Positions 51,683 to 62,959 of a stretch of DNA of 64,000 nucleotides are shown here, in pieces (position 1 is the stretch's first letter; each line of letters opens with the position of its first letter). The notes below the pieces were generated by a model. That model saw only the letters and a program-made list of their open reading frames with translations, was not told the DNA's origin and did not search any database. The DNA is from Rhina ancylostomus (lineage: Eukaryota). Both the position numbers and the translations under genes were made by a program. The stretch lies in the NCBI GenBank assembly GCA_030265395.1, contig JARFYF010000094.1, forward strand, positions 19,706,512-19,770,511. The letters run 5' to 3'.

Positions 51683-52114
51683 GGTTTACCAGGATGTTGC
51701 CTGGACTAGAGGGCACGTGTTATGAGGAGAAGCTGGACAAACTTGGTATGTTTTCTTTGGAGTGGCGGAGGCTGAGGGGAGATAGAAGTTTGTAAGATTA
51801 TGAGAGACGTAGATAGGGTAGACAGCTGGTTTCTTTTTCCCATGGTTGAAATGTCTAATACTAGAGGGCACACATTTAAGGTGAGAGGGGGGATGTTCAA
51901 AAGAGAGTGGTGGGTGCCTGGAATGCGCTGCCAGTGGTGGTAGTGGAGGCAAATATGATAGAGGCATTTAAGAGGCACATGAATGCGCAGAGAATGGAGA
52001 GAGATGGACATTGTGTGGGCAGAAGGGATTGGTTTAGTTAGGCATTTAATTAGTTTGGCACAACATCATGGGCTGAAGGGCCTGTTCTTGTGCTCTACTG
52101 TGCTATGTTCTATG
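51683..52114 (+). mobile_element. Younger CR1 3' end inserted within an older CR1
   Basis: FTRMLPGLEGTCYEEKLDKLGMFSLEWRRLRG; tail gggctgaagggcctgttcttgtgctctactgtgctatgttctatg; older CR1-like sequence continues to about 52460. Confidence 0.9.
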
Positions 52115-52767
52115 AGACGGTTAAAAGATGAGTTTTCAAGACATTAAGGGGAACTGACAATGTAGATAGAACCTATTTCCACTGGTTGGGGTGTAAAAGT
52201 TATAGAATCATTATTTAAAATTTGATCCAGCCTTTACAGGAATGAAGTTGCCAAACATTTCTGTATGAAAGAAGAGGTTCTTTGTTGCAAATCACTGTTA
52301 GTTGTTTGTTTGAATTTTAGCCTTTTTTTTAGATAGGGAGGTATTAAGGATGATCAAACAAAGATGATTTTGGTCACAGTTAATAATGATTTCATTATTC
52401 ATTATCTGGCACAACAGACTTGAGGGGTGAAATGTTCCCAGGTTGCTAATTCCTAACCCATGAATCTTAAGGTAAATACTGGCGCTTAGTTATAGAGTCA
52501 CAGAGCACAGAAACAGGCCCTTCGACCTATCCTGTCCATGCAGCCCTTGTACTATCTACATTAATCCTATTTAGCTGCATCGTTTCTGCTTCAACCTGCT
52601 GGATCTGCTCCCTCTTCACATTTCGTGGATCACTTCTAATCTTTCTGTTCTCCATGTTCACCCTGTGGCCAATCACTGCTGCATATTCCTGGGTTCGCTG
52701 CCCCTTCACTCTGAGACCCCTGCTCATGGTTCACCCTTCATGGTCCACTAGGCCGTCACCCTCTCAG

Positions 52768-52875
52768 GTCCACAGAAGCCCCATCCTGCTGTGTCCCTCT
52801 TGGGTTCACAGGTGCCCTGTCCCGCTGTGTCCATTTTGGGTCCACAGGAGCCCCATCCCACTGTGTCTGTTTTGG
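52768..52875. repeat. 36-bp minisatellite, 3 copies, in a pyrimidine-rich degenerate tract
   Basis: Units start at 52768, 52804 and 52840 (gtccacaggagccccatcccactgtgtctgttttgg type). Confidence 0.85.
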
Positions 52876-53580
52876 GTACGCTTGAGCTCTGCCCTGCCGA
52901 GACCGCACTGGGTTTGTCAGATCCACCCTGGACATAGTAGGATGGGGCTCCTGCTTCTCCCTGCTGCCTACTACCCCTGTGCCCCATGTGGTTCATTCTC
53001 GCCTTGCTTTCCCTTCTCTGCATATTCATGCTTCCACCCAATGTGCTGGCTCGACAACCTGCCCCTCTTTCACATTCTGTGGACCACTTCCATCACCCTG
53101 TTCTCCATGCTTCATTCTGAGGTCCATCACTTGTATATTCCTGCATTGGCTGCCCCTTTGCTCTGTCCATCCCTGCTCTGGGTTCACCCGACGTGTTCTG
53201 CTGGGCTGTCACCCTTTCACATCTGCTTGAGCTCCACCCTCCCATCCATTTAACATAAAAATGAAGCCCATATATGGTTTTGCACCTGAAACTGACACAA
53301 ATTGAGTAGCATGTGCAAAAAAGATTAACACTGGTGAGGTAAAGCTGGGGAATGGAGGAATGGAGAAATCCATCTGGGGAATGGCAAGGGAGGAAGAGAG
53401 TGAATGGGAGAAGAGTGAGCTGAGTTGTGGATCCATATGAAGATAAATGTAAAAAGACACCTTGGAGGCAACCATTCACATTGCACTGAACCTGGCCAAG
53501 CTATGTGGATGGGGTTCACTTCTGCCTCTGCTCATTTTCTGCTGAAGTAGGGAGCAGGGTCATGGAGCAGGCATTAAGCA

Positions 53581-53799
53581 TTCCGCAGATGCTGGAATCT
53601 GGAGCAATACACAAAAAGTGCTNNNNNNNNNNNNNNNNNNNNNNNNNNNNNNNNNNNNNNNNNNNNNNNNNNNNNNNNNNNNNNNNNNNNNNNNNNNNNN
53701 NNNNNNNNNNNNNNNNNNNNNNCAAAAAGTGCTGGAGGAACTCAGCAGGTCAGGCAGCATCCATGGAGGGAAATAAACAGTCGACGTTTCGGGCCAAGA
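53581..53799 (-). mobile_element. Young Penelope pLTR, truncated inside the ribozyme motif
   Basis: gctggaggaactcagcaggtcaggcagcatccatggagggaaataaacagtcgacgtttcgggccaaga; minus strand keeps GCCC-GAAA-CG-UC-GACUG but lacks CUGAUGA. Confidence 0.85.
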
Positions 53800-55469
53800 G
53801 CATGTGATTAATTTACTCAAGAAGACTAGGCCACAGAATTTTACTGTGTTGTGAGAGTATAATAGACCCTGGTTTCAGAATCAATGCCTGTTTTCTGGGG
53901 CTGCTTAATTTAAACCCTTGATGCACCTTTCATGTGGAACTTGCAAGTAGTGAGCATTTACTGGAAGGATTCAAGCACAGGAGACCACCGACTGAAATCC
54001 ATCCTTTCTCAAAGACTTGATCAGCACTTGGGAATCATGTACAAAGCAAGCCACATTAACAATGAACAGGTTGGAAAAAAGTCACTTCAGGGTCATTAAT
54101 GAAGGGTGTATGTACATTTATGTGAGCAACTGTGAAATGCATTAATGACTTGTGCTAACAGCTTAGTGTTCGAGCTCAAAAGACCTTAAAATAACCTCAA
54201 TGGCTGCAAGAGTGTGGATATAATCTGAGCAATTCATAAAAATTCATTGCTTTGTAGGGAACAGTGGATAAACATGATGTTAGATTTCATTTCAGGACGC
54301 AATGTTATTTGTTCTGCAAGGGGCATAAAGATCAAACTTCTGCCTGCATTGCAATGAATGCAAGATACTAAATGGAATAAGGAAACATCTGCAAGAAATC
54401 TAATGACTAGATATGGTCAGAAAGTTTATTACCTACGTGGGGGAAGCGGTGTCATGGAGTATAAACAGCACCAGGGGACTTGTTATACCACTGATCAAAG
54501 CTGTGTGAAATTTTATGGTTATGTGGTCACTGTACATAAATTTGTCCAGTAATTTGCTTGCATAACAGTCAAGGAAATGGCCATTTTCTGAGGTGATTTA
54601 CTCCCCTCTAGAATTCATCTGTATTTTGTTGTGACTCACCCTGAAATATCTCACCCAAAGGCCTGGCATGGAAACAATGAACTGAGCAGCTTCTATCTGC
54701 ACTGTGAATCGATGTGATTCTATGCGGAAACATCCTTCAATGTTTTTCCATCAGCTATACTCCTGTGCAATCTGCTCCTCTCAACGTCATATATAAAAAA
54801 TGAAACACTTCTTTCTTGACTCTCATGGGAAATATACAGAGCTCTGTACAAATGAACCTGAAAATGTTAATAGTGATTCTAGTCTCATTATAGAGTCATT
54901 TGTGCAATTGTTAAGAGAGCTGAATGGTCTCAGGCATTGGGCTCAAATGCTGTTAATCCTCACCATTGCTTGTGGTTAGTGGACTCTGGACCTTCTGAGT
55001 GTGAGTGTGAGTTTAAATTCTACTTCTCCATTAACGTTTGATGTTTGTTTTGGATTATGTGGGTGTTAAGACCAATGATCATATCAGTCATGATCTAATT
55101 GCATGGTGGAGAATAAACAAGGGGCAGTATGGTCTACTTAGCTCCTATCTCTTGTGTTCTCAGTGGGTCGGCTACCTGTCTCTACCTGGTGTTCTCGCTG
55201 CCCTCCCAGTTTATCACCCTTCCACCCATCTATATGGATATACTGCTTTCAAATTTTGGTGAGGCCATAGTGTCACTGCGTTTCCTCTGATGGCTAAATA
55301 GGCCAAAACTGGGCAGCCAGTGTTTACCGTCCAGCTGAAGGTGTCATTGGTTACTGTTGTAGGGGGTCCTATATTTCCATGACTTGACAGCACAGGCATT
55401 TGCCGTGGAGCTACTGAAATCATTGTTCTTCATGGTGGCATTTCCCTAATAATAGCCAACGTCATCATT

Positions 55470-56470
55470 TGCTTCTGTCAGTAGGTGAAGTTTCTCATGT
55501 TGTTATCAATATTGAAGCCTTTCACACCACTTTTATTAACATACTTACAAGGGTACTTTGAGCACTTGGCTGTGCTTTTGGCTCAGACCGCTTTCTATAC
55601 GGAATGTCCTTGGGGATGTGGTCATCTGTGTACAAGTCTGAGCCAGCAAAGTCTTAGCTTGATGTCTGCTGGGATACTTGGCAGCTTTGCTTCTGAGAGG
55701 GCTCACTGCACTTTTGTCAATGTGTTCAGTCTAAACAGATTGAGAACGCTTTTTCTCTGATTGTGTGAAGTACACTCTGTTTCCGTCCTCTGGGAAAGTG
55801 TAAGTCAGGAGCACAGAGAAACAGATGTCAGCCAGAGTCAGGGCCTAAACACTCTCTCTGCTTCATTCCATTCTTCATCTCAAAAACTATCAGAAGTAAA
55901 GCTGTCAAGCTCTGTGTTGCCATGCATGCCCTCGTGAAAGGATTAAATGAGGCCAAGAAATCATGGGGTCAATTCTTTGGTGAAGTCCACCAAGGAAAGA
56001 GAGTGTGAGGTTTGCTGCTCTTGAACTTCTCTTGAAATTGATGTAGGCAGAAGGGAATGTCTATTGTAGACCTTTTCACTCCAAAACCACATTATGCTTC
56101 CAGATATTTTCCGACTGTTTCACAGTGGAGGCTTTTCAGATGATCCTGGCAAAGGTTTTCTCAGTGACACTAAGTTGGGAGATGGCCTGGTGGTTGCTGC
56201 CATCTCCCCAGTCATCCTTGCCATTGTACAATGTGATGATGTTTGTATATCCTGTGGGAAAAGCCCACCCCTTCAGCAGAGGAGCAGTCATACAGGGAAG
56301 GCAACAGATGAAATTCTCTACATTTGGGAAATTCAGCTGAAATTCTATCCTTATCGGGAACTTTCCCAGCTGAAAGGGAATCAAACCTGCAGCTGGCTCT
56401 GGGGAATGTGGCACCAGCCAATCCATCAGCAGGAATGGAGCATTTAGTCAGAGCGCAGCATTTTTGTACC
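55470..56470 (-). mobile_element. RTE-clade LINE fragments (RT N-terminus and C-terminus)
   Basis: ORF 56136-56426 NIITLYNGKDDWGDGSNHQAISQLSVTEKTFARII (compare IITLYKxKGDRxDCxNYRGISLLSxxGKxFARI); LSEAKLPSIPADIKLRLCWLRLVH / DDHIPKDIPY. Confidence 0.8.
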
Positions 56471-56999
56471 ACCATGAGTGAGGAGTTCTGAAAAACTTAC
56501 TTCACATTTCACGGCATTACAACAGGAGACTCTTCTGTTTCATGTTGCCTTGGGTCAAATTGAAACACCTACCCTCTCTTCCTCTGTGGATCAAACTCAG
56601 TTCATAACAAACCTAGATATTTATGAATGATAAGCTTAATTAAGAAAGGACATTTAAAATGAATATTGTTGCTTTCTGGTAGGAAGTAGTTTATGTTTGC
56701 ATCTTATTGCAGGCAAACTGTAGCATTTATCTTCAGGTTGCCTCCTTCTTTCTACTGAGAGACAATATGCCATGGGATCTGAAATAAATACAGCCATTGC
56801 AGTACCTTGCTAATCTAGGGGTTGACAGACTTAACAAGTACTCGATTTTCAATTATGACTTTAAGTGAAATTTAAGTGTCGGGAGCTGTCAGCTCTCAGC
56901 CATGCTGACCATAGCATCTTAGACTTGTGCATGTGTAGACAAATGCAGAGGTTCCAGACAAGTTGGAGGTCAGACGCCAGTACCTCCTGATCAAAAGGG

Positions 57000-57232
57000 A
57001 AGGAGAGAAAGATGGAAATTCTCAGCAGGCTTGGAAACATCTGAAGGAGGAACAGAGTGAATGACACTGGGTGATGATCTTAATGAGTTTTCACTATAAA
57101 TATTCTGATGAAAGATCATCAGTCTGAAATGTCATCTCTGTTTCTCTGTCTATATTGCATCATGACCTGCTGAGTGTTTCCAATATTTTTTGACCTTATG
57201 TTGGATTTCTAGCATCCGCAGCATAATGCTTT
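57000..57232. repeat. Old palindromic pLTR-derived element
   Basis: ggaaattctcagcagg / cctgctgagtgtttcc arms; gatgatct / agatcatc near centre; plus-strand CTGATGA at 57105-57111 and GAAA at 57126-57129. Confidence 0.7.
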
Positions 57233-57239
57233 TGTGATC

Positions 57240-57830
57240 AATAGGCAGAATTGCACTGACTGATAGCTGCTGGTTCCACAGGGAGCTGTTGGCTATCAGC
57301 CATGTTGGTCGCAGCATGTCTCAGACTTCTGTGTGGCCAAATACAGAAGCTCAAGATGAGCTAGAGGTCAGGTGGCAAGCTCATCTGAATGAAGTCGCTA
57401 ATTGTNNNNNNNNNNNNNNNNNNNNNNNNNNNNNNNNNNNNNNNNNNNNNNNNNNNNNNNNNNNNNNNNNNNNNNNNNNNNNNNNNNNNNNNNNNNNNNN
57501 NNNACTCAGCAGGTCAGGCAGCATCTGTGGAAGGAGAAACAGTAAATGTTTTGGGTCTGGGACTCTTCATCAGAACCAGTTCTGATAAAGCTTCTGGACC
57601 CAAAGCCATACTGTTTCTCTTTCCACAGACACTGCCAGACCTGCTGAGTGTTTCCAGCATCTTCTGATTGTGTTTCAGCTTCAAAGGCTGCTAGGGCTTC
57701 ATGGTCAGAGCCTCAGGCTATGATTCCTAAGACTTCATCTTTCTGACCATCTCAGGCGTGGAGAGTTAGTTCTTCTGGCCTTCTGCATCTTATGAATGAC
57801 ACCGCAGACAGGCACCGTGGGCTGCCCAAC
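57240..57830 (+). pseudogene. Possible second HARBI1-like Harbinger transposase remnant
   Basis: IAAGS/GAVGY/HV (about 57263-57306; compare IAGFPxVxGAIDxxHV) and RLLGLHGQSLRL*FLR (about 57685-57732; compare WLLGDKGYPLxxWLMTPLR). Confidence 0.4.
57504..57678. repeat. Palindromic pLTR-derived element
   Basis: actcagcaggtcaggcagcatctgtggaaggagaaacagta ... tactgtttctctttccacagacactgccagacctgctgagt; centre tcatcagaaccagttctgataa. Confidence 0.85.
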
Positions 57831-58369
57831 CCATGGGCTGAATTCAGGAAAATCTCCATTTTGTAAGTTTTCTTTCTATATTTAATCTCAAACAGAACAA
57901 AAATAGCACAGTTCAGGAATACTGTTTTCATAATGAATAATTTTCTCTGGATGCCACCAACAGTACAAAACTTTGATCTATTAACATGAGGCAACATGTG
58001 CGGCTGGTGGGATTCTTGGCTTTCAATTTATTGGAAAAATTGTAATGCGAATTTTACTTTGATTCCCACTGTGTCTGTCTCAGTTTCATGCCAGCTTTCC
58101 TTAATGTTTTAAGTGTTCAAGGGTTATATCACTAATCTCTTGAAGTTTGAGAAAGGGTGAAGTTTGGGGCAGATGAAATCATGGATGTTGGAAGGGTCAA
58201 GGGAAACTAAGGCCACTGTCTATGTGGGTTTTAAATCTGAGGTGAGTGACCAAAAATGAACGTTGTCGTTTGTTAACTGGGGGAAGAGAAAGAACTGGCT
58301 TGAGAAGCTGAGAGACATGGATCATTTTCCATCCCCACCCATCCAGCAGCTGAAAAGGAAACTCCACAC

Positions 58370-58500
58370 TCTTCTGTGTGGGGTTTGCACATTTTTCTCA
58401 TAACTGTGTGGGTTTCCCTTGGGTGCTCTGGTTTCATCTCAGATTCCCAAGCAGGGAGCTTGATTGGTGAATGTAAGTTACACCTATTCTAGGCAAGTGG
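58370..58500 (+). mobile_element. Older V-SINE fragment
   Basis: tctgtgtggggtttgcacatttttctcataactgtgtgggtttcccttgggtgctctggtttcatctca (V domain). Confidence 0.7.
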
Positions 58501-58679
58501 TAGGAGTGTGTTGTGAATGTATCTGGATCAGTTGTCATTGATGACTAGCTGGCAGTGTGTGCGGGCTGGGTTTGAGGTATGCATCAATGCAAGTGAGTGA
58601 GTATGTGTGGAAACATATGAGTGGTTTAGGTCCTGAGTGAGGGAGATGAGTGACAGGGGTGCAGTGAATGGAGCAGTAT

Positions 58680-58915
58680 TTGAAATTGGTGAATCATTTG
58701 TGGACTAGAGTAATTGAACTGACCATGACAATATATGTGAGCTTATTGAAGGCCTTACATCATTACCTTGAGGTCTATGTCTTGAGACCATTCCACAGTT
58801 TTCACACACCTCTGAAACACCTGCTGGTGCTTGACATCTCTCCTACTTTGCACTTCCTTCACCAAGCTGTCCAGTGCAGTGTCAGAGAACTGTGGAGCCT
58901 GCTTTCTACTTGCTG
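58680..58915 (-). pseudogene. Harbinger Myb/SANT-like gene remnant
   Basis: ORF 58755-58961 RKQAPQFSDTALDSLVKEVQSRRDV, compare 'RAPRFSDxxLExLVxEVxxRRDVL'; downstream HK*FTNF, compare RKRFNDL. Confidence 0.55.
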
Positions 58916-59929
58916 TGTCTTGAATACTTCCTAGGTAATCCTTGGTGTCCAGTCCACTCATCCAAATCTCAGTGCCCCAGTCTTCAAAACAACCCTGGTT
59001 AACGAATGGAGGTAATTGCTTCTTTGGATATATTTGTGATGATGCACAAGATGGAAATCAACACGTTGCAGGATGTTTCTTGTGACATGCATCAAACCAT
59101 GAAGAGAGTTGGAGAGGCTGTGAGTTTTCTGGAACCTACCAGATTCGAGGAAGAACTTCAAAGGATGTTGGTAGCCCACGTGTGGAAATTGAATTTGCCA
59201 CGATATAAGGTGCCAGGGCAGAATACCAGGGTCTGTGATGGGTTCCAGCACAGCAGTTTCCATAGTGTGAAAAGATGCTTTGAAAGGGCAATTGGACAGC
59301 GTATTCAAAACTCGACTGGGTTCATGACATTGATGAGAAGGTGTCTCCCCATAGAGTTCTAGTGCCAGCATTTGAGCAGGTTTTGGACACATGGTGGCAT
59401 TGGAACCATGACAAAGGCTGCCGTTAGGTGGTCCCTCTGGCTCAGGAGTTTCTGAGTCACATCATCTTTTTAGTCTTCTAAGGAATCTCTCCAACCATAC
59501 CCCACTCATTTGCATCTCTACTAAGCAGCACCTTGCAGGAATAAAAGTTTAGAAGCAGGAGCATCAAGGAGAGACATAGCATTAAGGTGCAAATATTAGC
59601 CATTTTTTTGTCACTGCCTTGTCATAAATATATCTGAACAAAGTTTGATCACATGGAGTTAACAGAATATGCTTATTTGGGACCAGAAAATGGTGAACTA
59701 GCCATCTATTGTATACCAGAAATAGTCTGAAATCTTTGACAGTGAAGGATTTTGCAATGATACATAATTTTGGGATGCAGCTGTTGCTGATAAGACCATC
59801 ATTTTTTGCCCATTCCTGGCATAATGAGAAGATGGCAATGGTCCTGTTCTTTCAACTAATGCAATACCAGTAGGTAAACAGTTTCAGGGTGTTGACCCAG
59901 AAAATGAAGCAAGATATGCACCACATAAG

Positions 59930-60448
59930 GGTTGGAATTGGAATTGGCTTATTATTTTCACTTGTACCAAGGTACAGTGAAGTACTTGTCTTGCATACCA
60001 TTCATACAGATCAATTCATTACACTGTGCATTGAGGTAGTGCATTGAGTAATCAAAGGGACTTTTATTATGCTGGCTGCTTTACTGAGGCAGCGAGAAGT
60101 ATAGACAGAGTCCATGGAGGGGAGTCTGGTTTCTGTGATGCGCTGGGATGTGTCCACAACTCTCTGCAGTTTCTTGTGGTCACGGGCAGAGCAGTTGCCA
60201 AACCAAGCCGTGATGCATCCAGATAGGATGCTTCTTATGGTGCATTGATAAAAGTTGGTGAGTGTCAAGGGGCACATGCCAAATTCCTTTAGCCTCCTGC
60301 AGAAGTAGAGGCACTGGTGAGCTTTTTTGGCCATGGCGTCTACGTGCTTGGACCAGAACAGGCTATTGGTGATGTTCACTCCTAAGAACTTTGAAGTTCT
60401 CAACCCTCTCAACCTCAGCACCGTTGATGTAGACAGGTGTATGTGCAG
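59930..60448 (-). mobile_element. Rex1/Babar-type LINE 3' end with internal deletion
   Basis: ORF 60011-60499 KFLGVNITNSLFWSKHVDAMAKKAHQCLYFCRRLKEFGMCPLTLTNFYQCTIRSILSGCITAWFGNCSARDHKKLQRVV; lacks the segment seen at about 24500-24755. Confidence 0.92.
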
Positions 60449-61896
60449 TTTCTGTATAACTTGAAGATGATGCTGTTCCCCTGCAGTTTCTACACGCATC
60501 CTTCGAGATATAAGAGGTTTGCTGCAGCACTCTTGACAATTGGATGAGTTTTGTCAAGCTCTGATATGATGTATAGGTTGCAGCTGAATGATCCCTTCGT
60601 GTTTATTTTCTGTAGGGGGTTGATACAATTGAATGGCTTGTTTGACCACTTCAGGAAGTAATTTAAAATCAACCATGTTGATGTGGGACTATAGGACTTG
60701 CATAAGTACTTGAAGGGAAAAAATTGCAGGGCTTGGAAAAGAGCCAGGAAATTGCATTAACTGGATTGGTCTCCTTGTACTGTTACAGCTCTATGATTCT
60801 ATAATTATATACAATGAGTCTAAATCAGACAAGGGTGCCATTCTTATAGCACCGTGAAGCTCACTAGCCACCTTTGGGTACTCAAAAGCATATAGGAAGA
60901 TGCCGAAAGTCAGCGGCTGCTGTCATGATTTCCTCTTTCTTCCACAGTTTTGCAGCCTCGTCCAGTGCAATGTTCATAAATGAGTGAATTGACAAGAACT
61001 GATATTTATGAACAATGTTCTCTGTGGAAAAAAAACCTGAAGTCGTTATGCTTTTTTGCATGAGGTGAAAGCAAGTTTTTGATGGTGCATTAATCCATAA
61101 TTACTGCTTATTGACTTCTCTGCCTCTAAAGAACTCATTTACATTTTAACATTTCAGCTAATTATTTAAAAATTCTGTACATTTTGACATAACAAATTGT
61201 TTTCATTTTATTTTATAAGTAGTTTGATATTTCAAGTTCTTTTTCCATATCATAATATGTACGGTCTATTTCATTTGTGCACTTGGAATGTTTAGAATGC
61301 TTGTTTAGAACTTCCTGCTTGCTGTTTGTAATAATTTTTGTTTGATTAGCTGCACAACCAGCTTGATAATATCACTGTTGCCAAATGGCAGAGATTCCTT
61401 AAATAGCACCTATGCCCAATGTTAAGTAAAGTTGGGAAAGGTAACATCTGTGCCATCGAGATCTTTGCTGGAAGTTTTCATCAAGGTCAGTACCGACTGC
61501 AGGATCAGGGTCCAAGAGATGTTCGGAAGGTCTTTAGTTTCAGTTATTTTCTTTACTGTTTTAGTTAAGTCACCACAAGACAAATGTGACCTTGGTGTTG
61601 CTGGACTTCAGAATGGAAATTGAGCAGGGACTCTCACTAATGATTGCTAATCATAAGCTCTTCCTGGAACATGCACGTGCTTGGATATTAGATAATGCAT
61701 AGCTGGGATGAATCAAGGTGCCTCCCTGCCCAAGGTTACACATGAAACATGTCACTTGAGAATAGGAAACAGAAAGGTTCTGGCACTTGGAAATCTGCAT
61801 TCAAGACAATGCAACAGCAACAGGAGATAATAAGAGAAGGGGAATGAAAATGTTGGCCAAAATAACTTCTAAATTACACTTTGGGGTCCATTTTGC

Positions 61897-62095
61897 ATGT
61901 CCCTGGGCCAATATTTAAACACAATCAACATCATCAAAACAGTTTTTCTAGTCATTATCAGATTCCTGTTGGTTGGAGCTTGCTGTGCAGATTAGCTACA
62001 TTATCCTTGATTGCATTGACTACACTTCAAAAACTTCTTGGCTTTGGCTTATTTTGACATCATGAAAGGCATTGTATCCATGCAAGTCTTCTTTT
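61897..62095 (+). mobile_element. Deu-domain SINE 3' half
   Basis: ggccaatattta...aaaacagtttttctagtcattatcagattcctgttggttggagcttgctgtgca...tgactacacttcaaaa...catgaaaggcattgtatccatgcaagtc. Confidence 0.75.
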
Positions 62096-62728
62096 CAATT
62101 CCAATTTTCCTGTTTATTGTGCATCATTAAAAGTGTATTCAGATGTAAATAAATGAATTAATAAATGGCACTGCATCAGTGAACAGTTGTTGATGAAGAT
62201 CTTTGATGAATGTTAAAATTTCATACTTGATTTTTTTTCTAGTTGAAAATACAGAGATTTTTGAAATGATAAAATATAGCATCAAAGGATAGCCATTCAT
62301 GTTTTAAATATTTAGTTATATATTCCTAAAACTGCCAAAAGTCATAAGGATACAATAATAGATGCATTTATTCTGCATCTTCATTGAGGAACTGTGCTTC
62401 AAGGCTGACTGGATGAGAGACATGGTTGCAACCCCCAGAGACGTCCTCAGAGCATGGTCTCATTTGGTGAGCATACCTTATGCTTCAAATGTGTACTAAC
62501 ACCAAGCCACTAAAGGCAGTAAAAAAAACCCCACAAGTTTAATTAAAAATTGTTTGATAATCTGTTCCTGAGCAGGTAAGCTACAGAATGCTGCAAAAAT
62601 TCAGGCCTCAGGTAACAGATTTAATTGGCGCTAACCATGCTTTTGGGAGACTGACAATGTCAGTAATTTTAATTATCTTTCTTTTTAAAACAAATTCAAC
62701 CTGGGGACACAGATGGTTCAAGAATTCA

Positions 62729-62959
62729 GACAGACACACAAGAAATTCTGCAGATGTTGGAATCTGGAGCAATACACAAATAAAAAGTGTTGGAGGAACT
62801 CAGCAGGTCAGGTAGTATCTATGGAGGGAAATAAACAGTCGATGTTTCAGGCCGAGATCCTTCATCAGGACTCTCAGCCCGAAACATCGACTGTTTATGC
62901 CCCTCCATAGATGCTGCCTGACCTGCTGAGTTCCTCCAGCACTGTTTTTTGTGTATTGC
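62729..62959. mobile_element. Young palindromic pLTR-derived element with 11-bp TSD
   Basis: About 90-bp inverted arms (62767-62857 / 62872-62961) around a 14-nt spacer; direct repeat tcaagaattca at 62718-62728 and 62960-62970. Confidence 0.92.
62836..62872 (-). ncRNA. Minimal type I hammerhead ribozyme motif
   Basis: Minus strand AGUC-CUGAUGA-AGGAUCUCGGCCU-GAAA-CA-UC-GACUG. Stem I AGUC/GACU, stem II AGG/CCU, cleavage triplet AUC. Confidence 0.65.

Noticed and set aside
60011-60499. 162-aa ORF resembling the ALKBH8 N-terminal/DUF1891 domain
   Set aside because: It is the C-terminus of a Rex1/Babar LINE ORF, present in several truncated copies here, not a host gene.
60928-60990. Strong splice-acceptor-like tttcctctttcttccacag
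   Set aside because: All three frames stop within about 45 nt and no good donor follows, so an exon cannot be supported.
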